64,000 nucleotides of DNA from Blastocystis sp. Blastoise (lineage: Eukaryota > Protista > Bigyra: Opalinata). A program made the translations under genes and the position numbers. Position 1 is the first letter of the stretch. The number at the start of each line of letters is the position of its first letter. Location of the stretch: positions 1,178,001 to 1,242,000 of the forward strand of contig JBBPEB010000004.1 in NCBI GenBank assembly GCA_039096225.1. The letters run 5' to 3'. Under the pieces are notes generated by a model. The model searched no databases and was not told the DNA's origin. It saw nothing but the letters and a program-made list of their open reading frames with translations. Below, in pieces: positions 1-13,949 of this stretch.

Positions 1-3000
1 ATTTTTTTAATTATTATATTTATTATATTTATTATATTTATTATATTTATTATATTTATTATATTTATTTATTAAAGGTTATAAATCAAAAGTCTTATAA
101 GAAATTCTTACAATATTTATATTCTATGATTCGATCTATAAAGAAAGAAGAAGAAATAAAACGAAGGTATTTATTTATTATTTATTTATTTTTTTTTTGT
201 AAAATATAATATATTATTATTATAATAGTGAAAAACATCAAAGTGCTATTTTAGAAATGGAAAAAGAAATTCAAAATCTTGTTACGGAACAAAAAGTATT
301 TATTATTATTCTTATTTATTCTTATTCTTATTTATTCTTATTCTTATTTATTCTTATTCTTATTTATTATTTACTATTATTGTATTTATAATACATATGT
401 TTATTATCTTTATTACCCTTTATATTATGACCTATAGTGTGCTCGATATCGATCTGAACGTATTCGATTAAATATAAAAATCGAAGAAGAACGAGCTATT
501 CTACGTACAAGAAAAGAACTTGTATATATATATATATATATATATAGTTAATATAGTTATATAACTATATATATAGATCAATCCCAATCCTGATTTGAGT
601 AAAACTAGACTGAATATACTCCAACAGTATATATATATATTATTCTTATATATATATATAGGACATTATTGGAAGTTGATTTCCACGGGGATATTCATGT
701 TTGTGATTTAGATAAAGAAAAAGAACCTATCTTAAGCTCGAAAAATGATAGTATATATATATATATAATATAGAGTAAATAATATATATATATATATATA
801 TAGAAGATGCTTATTCACTAGTTTATATATTTACACCGTTACCCCAAACTGTAGAAGATGCCTATGTATATATATATATATATATACATATTTATTTATT
901 TATTTCTATAGTGTTTCTGTAATACTTATAAATATATACCTTCTTTGAAAGTATCCAATAAATGCCATTTGTGTTCCCAAGAAAGTCACGTGCTTTTACC
1001 TCATCGATTAGAGATTATTAAACAGGATATTTCTGTATTTAATATTCTATATATGTATATAACTTTACTATATCTATAGACTATGCTTGCAAAGACATTC
1101 AGTCCATTTCAGTCGAATCATATATCGCTGAATCTTATTCCTATGTCTTTATTTTCATCTTCATCTATTAATGATACTTATCCTTTATCTACTTCTTATT
1201 CTCTTTTTTATTCTTTATTTGTTAATTCTACTGATATACATATTATTCATAATTATGATTTATTTATATCTTCGCATTTCTATCCATTCCAAGTAGTTAA
1301 ACAAGACGAACAAAATAATCATCAACAGAAAGAAATTCCCACGGGAAATAACGAAGAAAATCCGAATGCTTTTCGTTGTCAATTTCATTTCTCTGATACT
1401 CGTATTCTATATATTATTTTTGATTTTTATATATATTATATATATTATATAAAGCCATCATATATAATAAATATTTTTTATTATGATTCATTTTTTCTTA
1501 TTCTTCTAGTTAGTATTATATATATATATCTATTATATCTCTATTATATGTATATCTATTATATCTCTACTCTATATATTCTCTAGTATCTTCTGCTTGT
1601 TATATGATCCCTTCTGTATCGTATATGAAGGCATTATATCTCAAGAATAAAGATACTCTTCCTTTTACTTGTCTCTCTCATGATGTCTCTTCTTCTCTAT
1701 ATACTAAAACTACTTCTTCTTCTCTAGCTAATCCTCCACCACTTTCACCGTTATTCACAGACTCTAAAGATCCTAAAGATCCTAAAGATCCTAAAGATTT
1801 TAAAGATTTTAAACATTTTAAAGATCCTAAAGATCTTGAAGATCTTGAAGATCTTGAAGATTCTGAAGATCCGTTATATACAGATACAAAACTATCTTCG
1901 AAAGTGACGAAAATAAAGAAGACGAATAGTAAGAAGAAAGAATCAAAGACTATTCGTATGAATAAAGTAAAGAAAATAAATAAAATACTAAAAGAACAAT
2001 CAGATAAGAATTCATTGAAGTCTACTATTCCTAAGAAAATCCATTCTGTTGAAACTACAGCTAATACTATCTCCTCTAGTCTTATATATACAGAGAGTAT
2101 GAATAAGAATAATAAAGATGACATGAATATATTTTCAGAGAAAAAGGCAACATTATCATTATTTAAAGATATTTCTTCTACTTCTTCTATTCATAAACCA
2201 TATGTTTCTAGATTTGAATTATATAAACGTCAACATGAAACTCATAAAATGAATTATAAATCTCCTTTATCTTCTCCTTCTTCATCCTTTGGTTTTATTC
2301 CTGCTTCTCCTCCTCTCTCTCCTCCTGCTTCTCCTCTTCTCTCTCCATCTGTCTCTCCATCTGTCTCTCCTTTAGGATATATCCCAGAAACTCCTCCTCG
2401 ACCTACTAGATTATCTATATCATCCCCTCTTTCTCATAATAATACTATGAATACTCTTAATAGTAATAATGGAACTAATATATCTATGAATACTGTAGTA
2501 TCATCATTTTTTATCGATGAACCTCTTTCTCCTTCTCAATATATTCCTGCTTCTCCCCTTAGTACGATATATACTGACGATACTATTAATAATACTATTA
2601 ATAATACTATTAATAATAATACTAATAATACTATTAATAATACGATTAATAATAATACTACTACTATGAATAATACTATTAATAATAATACTACTACTCT
2701 TCCATCAGCGAATAATCATAATTCATCAATCTCTTCCTTTGCTTCTCTTTTTCCTCCACGTAAACGGTTATATATACCAGAGAAAAACGAATTATCTTCA
2801 ACTGCTACTTCAACTAGTAGTATAAAAGAAATAACATTAGATTCTCCTCCTACTAATATATATATATCCAAGTCTATTCCTATAAAGGAAAAAGAGTCAT
2901 GTTCAACGCTTTTATCCAATGAAAAGAAAGATATAATGAATTCAATAAATAAATCACAGGATACTTCATCAGAATCCCTGCATCGATCTATGTTGCGTCA

Positions 3001-3691
3001 TTATGATATTCCTACTCTATCTTCTATATCGGTTTTTAATCCTTCAAAGTATTCTATTCAACAGAATAATACAAGGAATTCAAATATAAAGAAAGATAAT
3101 AATATATCGAATAAATCTGAATTGAATACAAATCTTTCTTCTGCTACTATTAATAATATTGATACTATTAATAATAGTATAAAGAAGAAGAGAATGAGTA
3201 TATCAGCTTCTGTTTCTAAGAATAGATCAGTGAAATCTTCTTCTACAACATCTGTTGATTCTAACTCGAAAAAGTCGGAAAAACGAATTCTAGATGAAGA
3301 GATTAGTGAAGAGAAAAAGAAAAAAGTGAAAAAAGATGATGAATATATAGCTCCTGCGTCACAACCTCCTCGAATCAAACGAATGAAAGCACCTACTTCT
3401 CAAAGTAAGAGTACTACTCCACTTGCTTCTAAGAATAGTATTCCACTAAAGAATGAAACGTCTTGTTCTAAGAATATTCCATCAGTTCTATATATGGTAG
3501 ACCCTTCTACAGAGTACATTCAGTATGATATTAATATTAACGGATATATACCTATACATGAAATCTATGGCTCTCTTGTCTCTGTTCCTTTTGTATATAT
3601 ATATATATATTATATTTATTATATATATATATCATATTATATAGAAATCAAATATGTGTATTCAACCATCAAAATATTCTCAAAAGGTATT

Positions 3692-3737
<46 letters not shown>

Positions 3738-4013
3738 ATGACTTATTTATTTGACAATTCATTATCACTTATTGTTACATTCACTACTCCATGTGATCGA
3801 AATACTATTCCAAATGTCACTGCCACCACCAATGATATAAAGAATAATATTCCCTGTACATCTTCTGAATGTAATAATAATAATAATAATAATATCCAAT
3901 GTATATTGGTTCCTTATACATATACATCCTTTTATGTATATATGTCTACTCCTCTATTTATGGATCTTCATTATTCATACTCTTTTAAGTATATATATAT
4001 ATATATAGTTTTA

Positions 4014-4076
<63 letters not shown>

Positions 4077-4113
4077 AGGATGATCACTGAAAGATTAAGA
4101 CAATCACTTATTA

Positions 4114-4189
<76 letters not shown>

Positions 4190-4241
4190 TATTCCTATAA
4201 CTCCTTTGGCACCTGCTCCTGTTAGGTCAATAAATAATTAT

Positions 4242-4272
<31 letters not shown>

Positions 4273-6491
4273 ATTCTATGAATATATAGAAATCACTTCT
4301 ATTTACGTATTTCCCGCTTTTATCTTTTAAACAGCCCGCTAAATCTCTCTCTCCTGCTGTGATGTCATTTAAACGGAATAAACAGTATCAACAAATGATT
4401 TCTAAATGGAAACGACGTATATATATATATATAATGCTTTTAGTATATATATATATAGATATATATACAATGCATTCAGATAAACCAGTAATTGTTCCAA
4501 AATATAAACCGAAATCTGAATTAACTCCAGAATTACATAAATTGATGAAAGATCAGTATATATGTATATATATTATTATATATATTATTATATATAGATA
4601 TATATATGTTTTGGGTTCTTTGGATAGTAATACAGATAAATATACTAATGAAATCCTTAAAGGAATTAAACAAACTTATCTTCTACAGACACCTGGTATA
4701 TAAATATATAATTATAATTATATGTATATATAATATATTTATATAGAACCTGATTATTATTCTTCTTTATTTATTGATTTCCTTCCTTCATTATATATAT
4801 CTCCATCAGAATTATTAACTAAATATGCTCATTGTGATGTTAAACTTAATCCGTATATATTATATTATATTATATTATATTATATATATATTTAGGAATA
4901 TTTATTTAATTCGAACTCGTGAATATCAGCTTCAAATTTTAATTCGTTTCTATATCCTTATTATATATATATATATATTATTATTATTATTAGTTATTTA
5001 TATATTTATGTTTCTTAATATAATTACTTGTTTGGCAACTTGAATTAGAAAAAGTTGAATCTGATATAAAGTATATATATATAATATATAATATTTATAT
5101 CTATAATATATATATAGTGATCCTCTTTCTTCTGTATATCTCTCTCCTCTCCTTCAACTTCTCTCTTCACTATCGCTATTTATGAATATCGCAGGAAATC
5201 ATTTTGAAGACTTTCTTAATGTATATATATATATATATAATATAATACTAATAATAATAATTATTATTATTATATATAGGAGAAATTATTATATCCTTAT
5301 GCTTCTTTTTTCCCCAAAACATTGGCCTATATATATGAATCGTTTGAAATGCCAAAACCATCTTTATTAGATTCACATCTTCCTAAAACACATAAGCGTC
5401 ATCATGACGCAGTTCAAGATCTTCCAATCATTTCCTCTTCTTCCTCCTCTTCTTCTTCTTCTTCTTCATATTATCTTCCTCCTTCTATTCATTTGGGTCC
5501 TCCAACTTCTCTTTTGGATTCTCTTAATGCTCCTCCTCCTCCTCCTGCTTATCTTACTCTTCATACTACTACTTCTTCTATTGGTAAATCGATTCAACAA
5601 TTAAATAAAACTATGAATAAATCACCTACTGTTGTATATAATTCAAAAAGAAAACAACTATCTATCGATTCGAATCCTCCTTCTGAACCTTCTTCTTCTT
5701 CTTCTACTCATAAGAATACTAATACTATTCATATGAATACTAGTAATACTAATAATAATAAGAATAATAATATTTCATCTTTGCATACGTTACGAAATAA
5801 GCCAATACATTCATACCCATCGACACGTGCACCTGTTATAACACAACTTCCTAGTCGAGGCAGAATTGGAAATACTATTCCATCACCACTTTCTGCATCG
5901 AATTCGAAGAATATGAAATCCTCATTAGATACATCACTTCCTCATGCTTTAACTACCACCAAAAAGCATGTGCGACCTCCGATAGTATCCAATCGTTTAC
6001 CTCAATCGAACACATTTACGTTACCTGCACCAGTTCCTATTGTATATATTTTTTCTAATATTATTCTTATTTTATTTTTAGTTTTTATTTATTATTTTAT
6101 TTATATTTATGATTTTATTTATATTTATTATTTTATTTATATTTATTATTTTATTTATATTTATTTATTATTCTATTTATATTTATTATTATTCTATTTT
6201 ATATTTATTTATTATTCTATTTTATATATTTTTATTATTCTATTTTATATATTTTTATTATTCTCTTTATTATCATTAAAACGATATAAATTCTAATAAT
6301 AATAATAATAATGATTCTATTTCATATAGACATCTTTAACTCATTTTAATGAGGCTCTTGCGAATCCTGCCCTCCATTATACTACTGTTATTACAAAGCG
6401 CGGGAACGCTGCGTATGCTAAGAAACATCGACCGAAACTAGATACAAGAACAACGATGCAGAAGTTATTAGATAGTCTTCCTGATGAGTAA
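1..6491 (+). CDS. Host multi-exon gene, 5' end outside the window; large S/P/N-rich low-complexity protein of unknown function (could be more than one gene)
   Basis: Coding-like exons (about 1587-3592, 5280-6041, 6330-6491) are separated by GT..AG introns full of (TA)n. The last exon ends CCT GAT GAG TAA at 6491. The YIYI tails of the ORF-track proteins are intron read-through. Confidence 0.55.
1765..1872 (+). repeat. Coding 9-nt tandem repeat (AAAGATCCT/AAAGATTTT/GAAGATCTT; KDP/KDF/EDL)
   Basis: About 12 degenerate 9-nt units are directly visible. Confidence 0.85.
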
Positions 6492-7425
6492 AAGAATTAT
6501 GTATTTTTTTTTACAATTTTGAGAATCATTATACCACCACTGATGATCTTTCTAATTGTTAAAACCACCCTAAGTACATTATTTTGTTATTCTTACTTTT
6601 TCTCTTCTCTTTTTTCTATTTATTCAAATAATTTTAATCATTTTTTATTTGTTACTTTTTACCCTCATTTTCTCTATTTAATCAAATAATTTTAATCATA
6701 TTCTATTTGTTTCGATTCCAGAAAATAAATAATTCAAAAAAACATAGGTTATCTATAACAATTCAGTGATTAATTTTACAATTATAATAGGATAACTTCA
6801 TACAAAGTAAAGAAAAATGAATAATGCAGCGTATATAACCAACTCAACGTATTTAGATATATGAAAAACGTAAATATATTTATTGTTCAGTCAATTACAC
6901 GTTGAAGTGTTTTCAAAAATTTAGATTTGTTCTTTTTATAAAAAATATCTATTTGAAAAAAGACAAACAACGTATATATAATGAGTTATTGTATAATGAA
7001 ACACAAAGAAAAAATTCAAAATATCGACAAAACCATGATTTGCTGGAATACAAATAATTTGGCTCAAAATCAAAAAATATTTATGGTTATAATAGAACGA
7101 TCACTCTGAATTTTATTAAGGTTTATTTCAGTCAATAAGATATTAAGGTATGATTCATATTTTTAAGATATTCCATAGAATTTTCTCGATAGAATATTAT
7201 TGTAAAATAAATTAAAAGGAGTAATATGGTATAAAAAGTACTAAAACATTCTATCGTGAAAAAATGAATAATTATTGTAATAATAAAAAATAGAGACTGC
7301 TATGAAGAATACAAAAGTAAAGAAATGAAAAGATAATAAAAACCTATTCTTTTGTAATAAGCGAGTATATTTTATAATTTATGAGTTATATATATATATA
7401 TTTTGAATGTATAGAATAACTGAAC

Positions 7426-8726
7426 ATGGATGAGATTTTTGATTTTGGTGCTTTAAGTTCGAATGAAACTGATACTTTAAGAGAAAGAGTAGAACAAGTA
7501 TGTTTTATATGTAGAAATTATATAAAAGTAATTATTAACATTATTTAGTTAGAAGCCGAACTTCAGACTGAGAAAGAAGAGAATGTGAATTTGAATGAGC
7601 GTATGTTTTTATTAGATATTATTGATTTATATATAATATGATGTCTTCTATAGAATTAGAGGAGCTTCAAGGTAATTATGATGATTGTGATAAAGAATTA
7701 CAGAAAGCATTGAAGACTATTGCAAAATCAAAGTCTAAGAAAGAGACTCAAGCTTTGATTAATGAATTAGATGAAGAAAGAGCTCAAAGTGAAGTTTATT
7801 TAGAGCAAATTCGTGCTTTACAAGAAATGGTTCGTAGTGCTCCTCAAGCAGGTAATACTAGTACTGTTGATGAAGGTCAAGTTAAAGTATTAAAGAAGAA
7901 TTTAGAATCTGTTCAAGCTGAATTAGATCAATGTCAGTCAGATAAAGATGCTTTCTTAAGTAAAATAAATAAATTAGAACAAGATTTATTTAATTTACAA
8001 CAACATTGTGAACAAGTTGAACAGAATGCTGCTACTCAAGTTGCTAATGCTTCTCATATGAATGATGATGAAATTGAACATTTAAAACAACAAAATGATA
8101 GTTTATCTCAACAATTAGAAGATATATCTATTAAATATAATCAAACCTTACAAAGACTTGAAAATACTAAATCTACTAGTGGAATCAATGTATATATTTT
8201 TATTATTTTTTTATTATGATTTTTATTATGATTTTTATTATTTTATTATTATTATTATTATTATGAGTATTATTATTATGTTTATTATGTTTATTATTAA
8301 TATATATTATATCTTATATAGGAAATGAAGAGTAAAATGTCAATATTAGAAGAAGAGAGTTTAAAGGTGAATGAGAAATATGATAAGATGGAAAAAGATT
8401 ATCAAAGAAAAATTGATGAATTGAATGAACAAATTAAGTTAAATAAAGAAAAGATGAATCAATCTGCTTTGAGTATTGAACGATTAAATGGTGATATTAA
8501 ACAAAAATCACAAGAAATTGAACAATTACAACAACAAATTACTAGTATATATTTATATATTATAAATTTAATTATTTAATTATTAATTATTTATTATTTA
8601 TTATATATTATTTATTATATATTATTTGAATAGAATTTGATCAGGAGAAGTTGGAGATTGAAAATAGAATTGAGAGTATTAAAGAGAGTAATACTATTAT
8701 TAGTCAACGAGAACAAACTGCTACTA

Positions 8727-8794
<68 letters not shown>

Positions 8795-10436
8795 CTATAT
8801 AATACTATAGGCTATGTCTGGATTAACTGCTCGTGCTGAAAAAGCTGAAAATAGATGTATAGAATTATTAAAGGCTAAGAAAGAATATGAGAAGAAGAAA
8901 GATAATTCTCAAGAAGTCATTGCTAATTTAGAAAATGAGATTAAAGATTTAAAGATGCAATTAGAAGATAAAGATTTATTAGTTAAATCTACAATTCGTC
9001 AGAATACTGTTTCCTTGAATGAAGTGAAATCTGATTGTGCTACTTTTAAGAAAGACCATGAGACTAAATATAGTGTATTACAACAAAAATATGATAAAGA
9101 TATGAAGCGTAATGAATTAGATATGGCTAATTTGAATAATCAGATTGTTAAGATTAAGACTGAATTTGAAGATTATAAAGTAGAAAAAGAAGATGAAATA
9201 GAAGAATTAAAGAAGAAGATGGAAAAGAAAGCTAAGAAAGAAAGAGAACAGATGGAAGAAGATCATAAAGAAGAAATTAATGAATTAAAAGATACTCAAG
9301 ATAAAGCTATTAAAGAAAAAGAAAAGATTATAAGTGATTTAGAGAAAGAAATGAAAGAAAAAGAAAAAGAATTTAAAGACAAAGAAAAAGAATTGAAAGA
9401 TAAATATAAGAAGAGTTCTAATGAAAATGATTCCCTTATGGCTCAAGTTGCTGAATTAAAAGTTAATATTAAAGGATTAAATAAGGTATATTTAGATTAT
9501 AATATATTATATATTATATATTAAATATTATTAATAAAATTATTATTATATATTATAATTATTAATAAAATTAATATTATATATTAAATATTATTAATAA
9601 AATTAATATTATATATTAAATATTATTAATAAAATTAATATTATATATACTATATAAAGGATAAAGATTCTCTTTCAAGTGATATAAAGTCTTTAAAATC
9701 TGATTTATCTTCTACAAAGATGGAATTATCGAATATAGAAGATGTTTTAAGTTCAAAGAATGATACATTAACAACTACTCAACAAGCTTTAGGTGATTTA
9801 GAAAATCAATTAAAAGAACAAAAAGAAACTTTTGAAAAAGAAAGAAAAGAAAGAGATAAGAAAGAACATGAAGAAGCTAAAGTGAATGTAGAAAAAATGA
9901 ATGATTTAAAGATTAAAATAAAACAATTGAAAGTTAATAATTTGAAATTAAAAGAAAAAATTGAAAAGATGAAAGGTTCTACAAGTAAATCCGATGAAGT
10001 AGTTACACCAACAGAAGAAGGAGATATGACTCCTTTAGAACCAACTGCTGATACTCCTAATAACGCTGAAAGTCCTATGAATCAAACATCTTCAACTGTA
10101 GAAGAAGAAAAGAAAGTTGAAGAAGAAAAACCCGTTGTAGAAGAAGAAAAACCTATTGTAGAAGAAAAGAAAGAAGTTGAAAAAGAAAAACCCGTTGTAG
10201 AAGAAAAGAAAGAAGTTGAAGAAGAAAAACCTATTGTAGAAGAAAAGAAAGAAGAAGAACATGAAAAGAAAGAAGAAGAACATGAAAAGAAAGAGAAAAA
10301 AGAAAAGAAAGAAAAGAAACATCGTCATGGTAGTAAAGTAGAGGATGATGATGAATCTGAAAAGAAAGAAAAGAAACATAAGCATGCTAGTAAATCTAAA
10401 GATAGTGATGATGATAGCGATGAAATTGATCTTTAA
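7426..10436 (+). CDS. Host multi-exon long coiled-coil protein with an E/K-rich C-terminus
   Basis: ATG at 7426 (MDEIFDFG), first donor GTATG at 7498. ORFs 7638, 8325, 8651, 8814 and 9720 are heptad-rich exons separated by AT-rich GT..AG introns. Stop at 10436. Confidence 0.75.
10096..10320 (+). repeat. Coding repeats EEEKP(V/I)VEEKKEV and EEHEKKE
   Basis: Direct repeats such as gaagaagaaaaacc(c/t)(g/a)ttgtagaagaa are visible. Confidence 0.8.
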
Positions 10437-10439
10437 ATA

Positions 10440-10478
<39 letters not shown>

Positions 10479-10883
10479 TCAACTATATACATATATGCTT
10501 TCTTTTTCTTGATATTTACTTGTATAACATATATTAATATTTTATTTTTTTTTATTATAGATTTGTTTTCATTATATAAAATGTTTAGCCATATATATAT
10601 AATATAATATAATATAATAATTTTTCTATTCAAGTAATATCAATTAAATATATATTGATTTTTTGTTTGTTTGTTTAGTGTTCTATATACTATTATTTTT
10701 TATACTTTATAAATAATAATTGTATTTAGATAAAAAAAAATATTAACAAAACTAAATGAGTTTCGCAGTTTATATTAAGACAAATGTATAAATATATATT
10801 TATACATATAATAAGATAGTCTTTATTTAATAGAAATAAAAAATAATATAAAATGAATCAAATAATAATAATACTATATAATA

Positions 10884-13185
10884 CTAAAAAAGATAGGATT
10901 TTGGAGGTAAATAAGTATCGAAATTAATTCCATTTAAATGATCTAAAGCTTCTTGAAAAGCTGCTTTTAAGTATTCTTTTGTAATATATATATCTCTAGG
11001 TTTGACAAATTCTTTGCAATTACCGCCATATGTTATTAATAATGAATCTTTTAAACATACATCAAAAGATTCATGAGGGTATATTGTAGAATATTGAGTA
11101 TTTGGATTAATAATATATAATCTATAAAATATACTTAATATATGTCCATATCGTTCATAGAAATAAGGTAGATTTGCTTCAATAACCACAGATTCAGGTT
11201 TAACAAAGAATAAAGCTACTTCTGCTTGACCATGAGAAATAAGAATAATATCATTATAATACATTGTTTTCATTTGTTCTTCAAATGTTTTTCCCTCAAA
11301 AGAAACAGTAGAATAATGTATAGACTATAGAGAATAAATGTTTAATATTTATTATGTTTACAATATTTGTTTTATTTGTTTTATTTATTATATTAATTAT
11401 ATTAATTATATTAACTATATTAGTTATATTAGTTTTTATATATACATTTTGATAATATGTGTCTAAGATAAATAGAATTTCTTGTTCATTAAAAAATCTT
11501 CTAGTTGATAATCGTTTTAATATAAGTAAATTATATATATTTGTATTATGACGTTCATAGAATAATTGATAATTATGATAAATAGCCGCTCTAATTAAAT
11601 CAGTCATTTGTAGTGAAGAAAAGAAACCACCACCAAATGGATACTCATTTCGATCTACTAAGATCTATATATATTATTTTTATATTTATATAGTATTAAA
11701 TAATAAATAATAAAAATAATAATAAAAATAAATAATAAAAATAAATAATAAAAATAAATAATAAAAATAATAATAAATAATAATAATAAAAATAAATAAT
11801 AAAAATAAATAATAAAAATAAATAATAAAAATAAATAATAAAAATAAATAATAAAAATAATACTATAATAAACATACAAGTTGATCAAAACACACAATAG
11901 GATCAAAATCTATATTAATATTAAAATTTTGAAATGAGTTTTGTCCATATAAAAATTGAATGTGATTTATTTCTGCATATTGTCGAATAACACTCATTAT
12001 TGCCAAATTATATTCTATTTCATTATCAATATTTGGATATATAAAATAATCAACCTATTTTATATATAATTATTAGCCATTATATTGATTTATATAATAA
12101 TATTCATAAATAACAAGAATAACATATACAGGTCCTTTAAGATAATTTGGATTCGTTACTACATTTAATACAGTAGATACAGTTTCTAATGTATGTAATA
12201 AATGTCTTCCCCAAGCAGCTATAGTAATAGCTATATGCTTATTACGAAGAACAGGATGATATGAACTTGGAAAAACACTGGGAATCTCAGTAAAAGAAGC
12301 ACCCCAACGAAAATGTTCAGCTATAAAAAAACAATGCATTATTTATATATTAAACAAATAAATAAGTATATATATATATATATATACTTTCACGATTAAT
12401 AATTTCTGTAATTCTTCGATAATTAGGATTATCAGAAGGATAAAAATATAATATTTTAAAAGAATACATATTTATGCAAACATTAGACATATATGCATAT
12501 CTTAATCCACGTCGATATTTAGGCATATATATTTGATAATAAGAATATTGGGAATCACCTCTATATAATAATAAATATTATTATTATTATATAAAATATA
12601 TATGATTAATTAAATAATAATAAATATATAAAAAAGCATACTTTGACATATCACGAATTACTTTTCGACTTATATTTCTATTATTATTTATACATATATG
12701 TAATTACATAGAAATCATATTTGAATATTAATTATAAATAAAGAAATATATACTTTGGCATTTCATGACTATGTTGCTTCACAATCTCTACTGATTTTGT
12801 GTAACTATTATAGAGAAGAATTAAATAGAATAGCTATAAACGTAGATCTTACTTACTAATCATAGTTTTTCCAAAAATCTGAATTTTCTGATATATTTAC
12901 ATGATTGTTAATTTTTAGTTGATCACGACATTTTGCATTTGATGACTTTTCAGGATGCATATTTGAATTGGATAACAATAAATTATCTTCTGAAATTACC
13001 ATCTCTATAATTTTTTGAGACTTTGTCTGATAATTATAACGAAAATAATGAATCAAATGCAATTTCATGATCTGCTGATTGTTAAACACGCTAAGTATTC
13101 TTTTGTATTATATTTATATATTTAAATACGTCATCAGAGCAGTAATTCCTAGAATTATGACAATAAATTTTGAAAGTAAATGCAT
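10884..13185 (-). CDS. Host multi-exon glycosyltransferase, family 61-like (DUF563), type II membrane protein
   Basis: ATG at 13185 gives a signal anchor (MHLLSKFIVIILGITALMT). The last exon has ILISHGQAEVALFFVKPESVVIE, matching the GT61 HGA(G/A)L..LF.....VIE motif. HLLHTLE and KR...RRF.N motifs lie upstream. Confidence 0.65.
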
Positions 13186-13399
13186 CTGAAATCAATAATA
13201 GACAATAAATGCAAGAAAAAATCTTTTCTATGGATAATTTTTATTATATTTATTGTTAAACAATAAAAATTATTAAAAAAAACACATCTGAAATTGATAT
13301 TCATGGAGAATCTGTTTACTGACTACAAAATACAATATAATCGTTATTATGTGTCAATAAAAATTTTTAAAGAATTATTTATTTTTGATCTTAATTAAA

Positions 13400-13529
13400 T
13401 TTAATAATACTTCCGCTCTTCGATCTCCAGTATTTCACTCGATATTACCCCTGTATCGGAAAATCATACTGATTTTCCGATCAGGGGTAATAGACGAGTG
13501 CTGGAGATCTCGGCTGAAGTATTATTAAA
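13400..13529. other. Left terminal imperfect palindrome/hairpin (130 nt; loop TAC at 13467-13469)
   Basis: Stems of 14, 9, 6, 11 and 12 bp are separated by bulges and internal loops, e.g. ATCGGAAAATCA-tac-TGATTTTCCGAT and TATTACCCCTG/CAGGGGTAATA. Confidence 0.95.
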
Positions 13530-13760
13530 ACTTCCGAAACATGGGGAAGTGATAAAAGTAAGGGTAGTTTTAAAAATAATCAAAAAAGTAATTTTAAAGT
13601 GATTTGATTGGTCCATTTGGGGGTGTGCGTCATCGATTTCTAATTCCCTAATATTATAAAATATTTTTTTGCATTATGGATTATGGATTTCATAAATCAA
13701 TAAACCCATAATCCCCTTATATCTACAGAGTTTGGGGAAAAAAATTTCAAAACTGGCTCT
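13407..13760 (+). repeat. Left terminal inverted repeat (354 bp)
   Basis: ATACTTCCGCTCTTCGATC...CAAAACTGGCTCT is the reverse complement of 38425-38778. The lengths are equal and I found no mismatch by eye. Confidence 0.97.
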
Positions 13761-13949
13761 ATTTTTCTTTGTTATTTTTATTATGGTTTATTTTAAATAA
13801 ATAAAAAGACCCGACATAACCGGGGATAGAACCCTTATATGTATATTTTTCAACATATCGTCGTATCCACCTGATATGCCAGGTCTCACTTTATATTTTT
13901 ATTATTATTTTTTTTAAACCAAACAAATTAAATATAATCAAAAAAAAAA

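Noticed and set aside
1678-3378. Antisense and overlapping ORFs (1678, 2716, 3058; also 10092, 19316, 24243, 32080, 32935, 33631, 41368, 41462, 62795)
   Set aside because: They are shadow frames of real low-complexity genes.
3590-5604. ORFs rich in YIYIYI or LLLL (also 11658, 47464, 47501, 55890, 56845)
   Set aside because: They are translations of intronic (TA)n and (TTA)n tracts or alternative frames, not membrane proteins.
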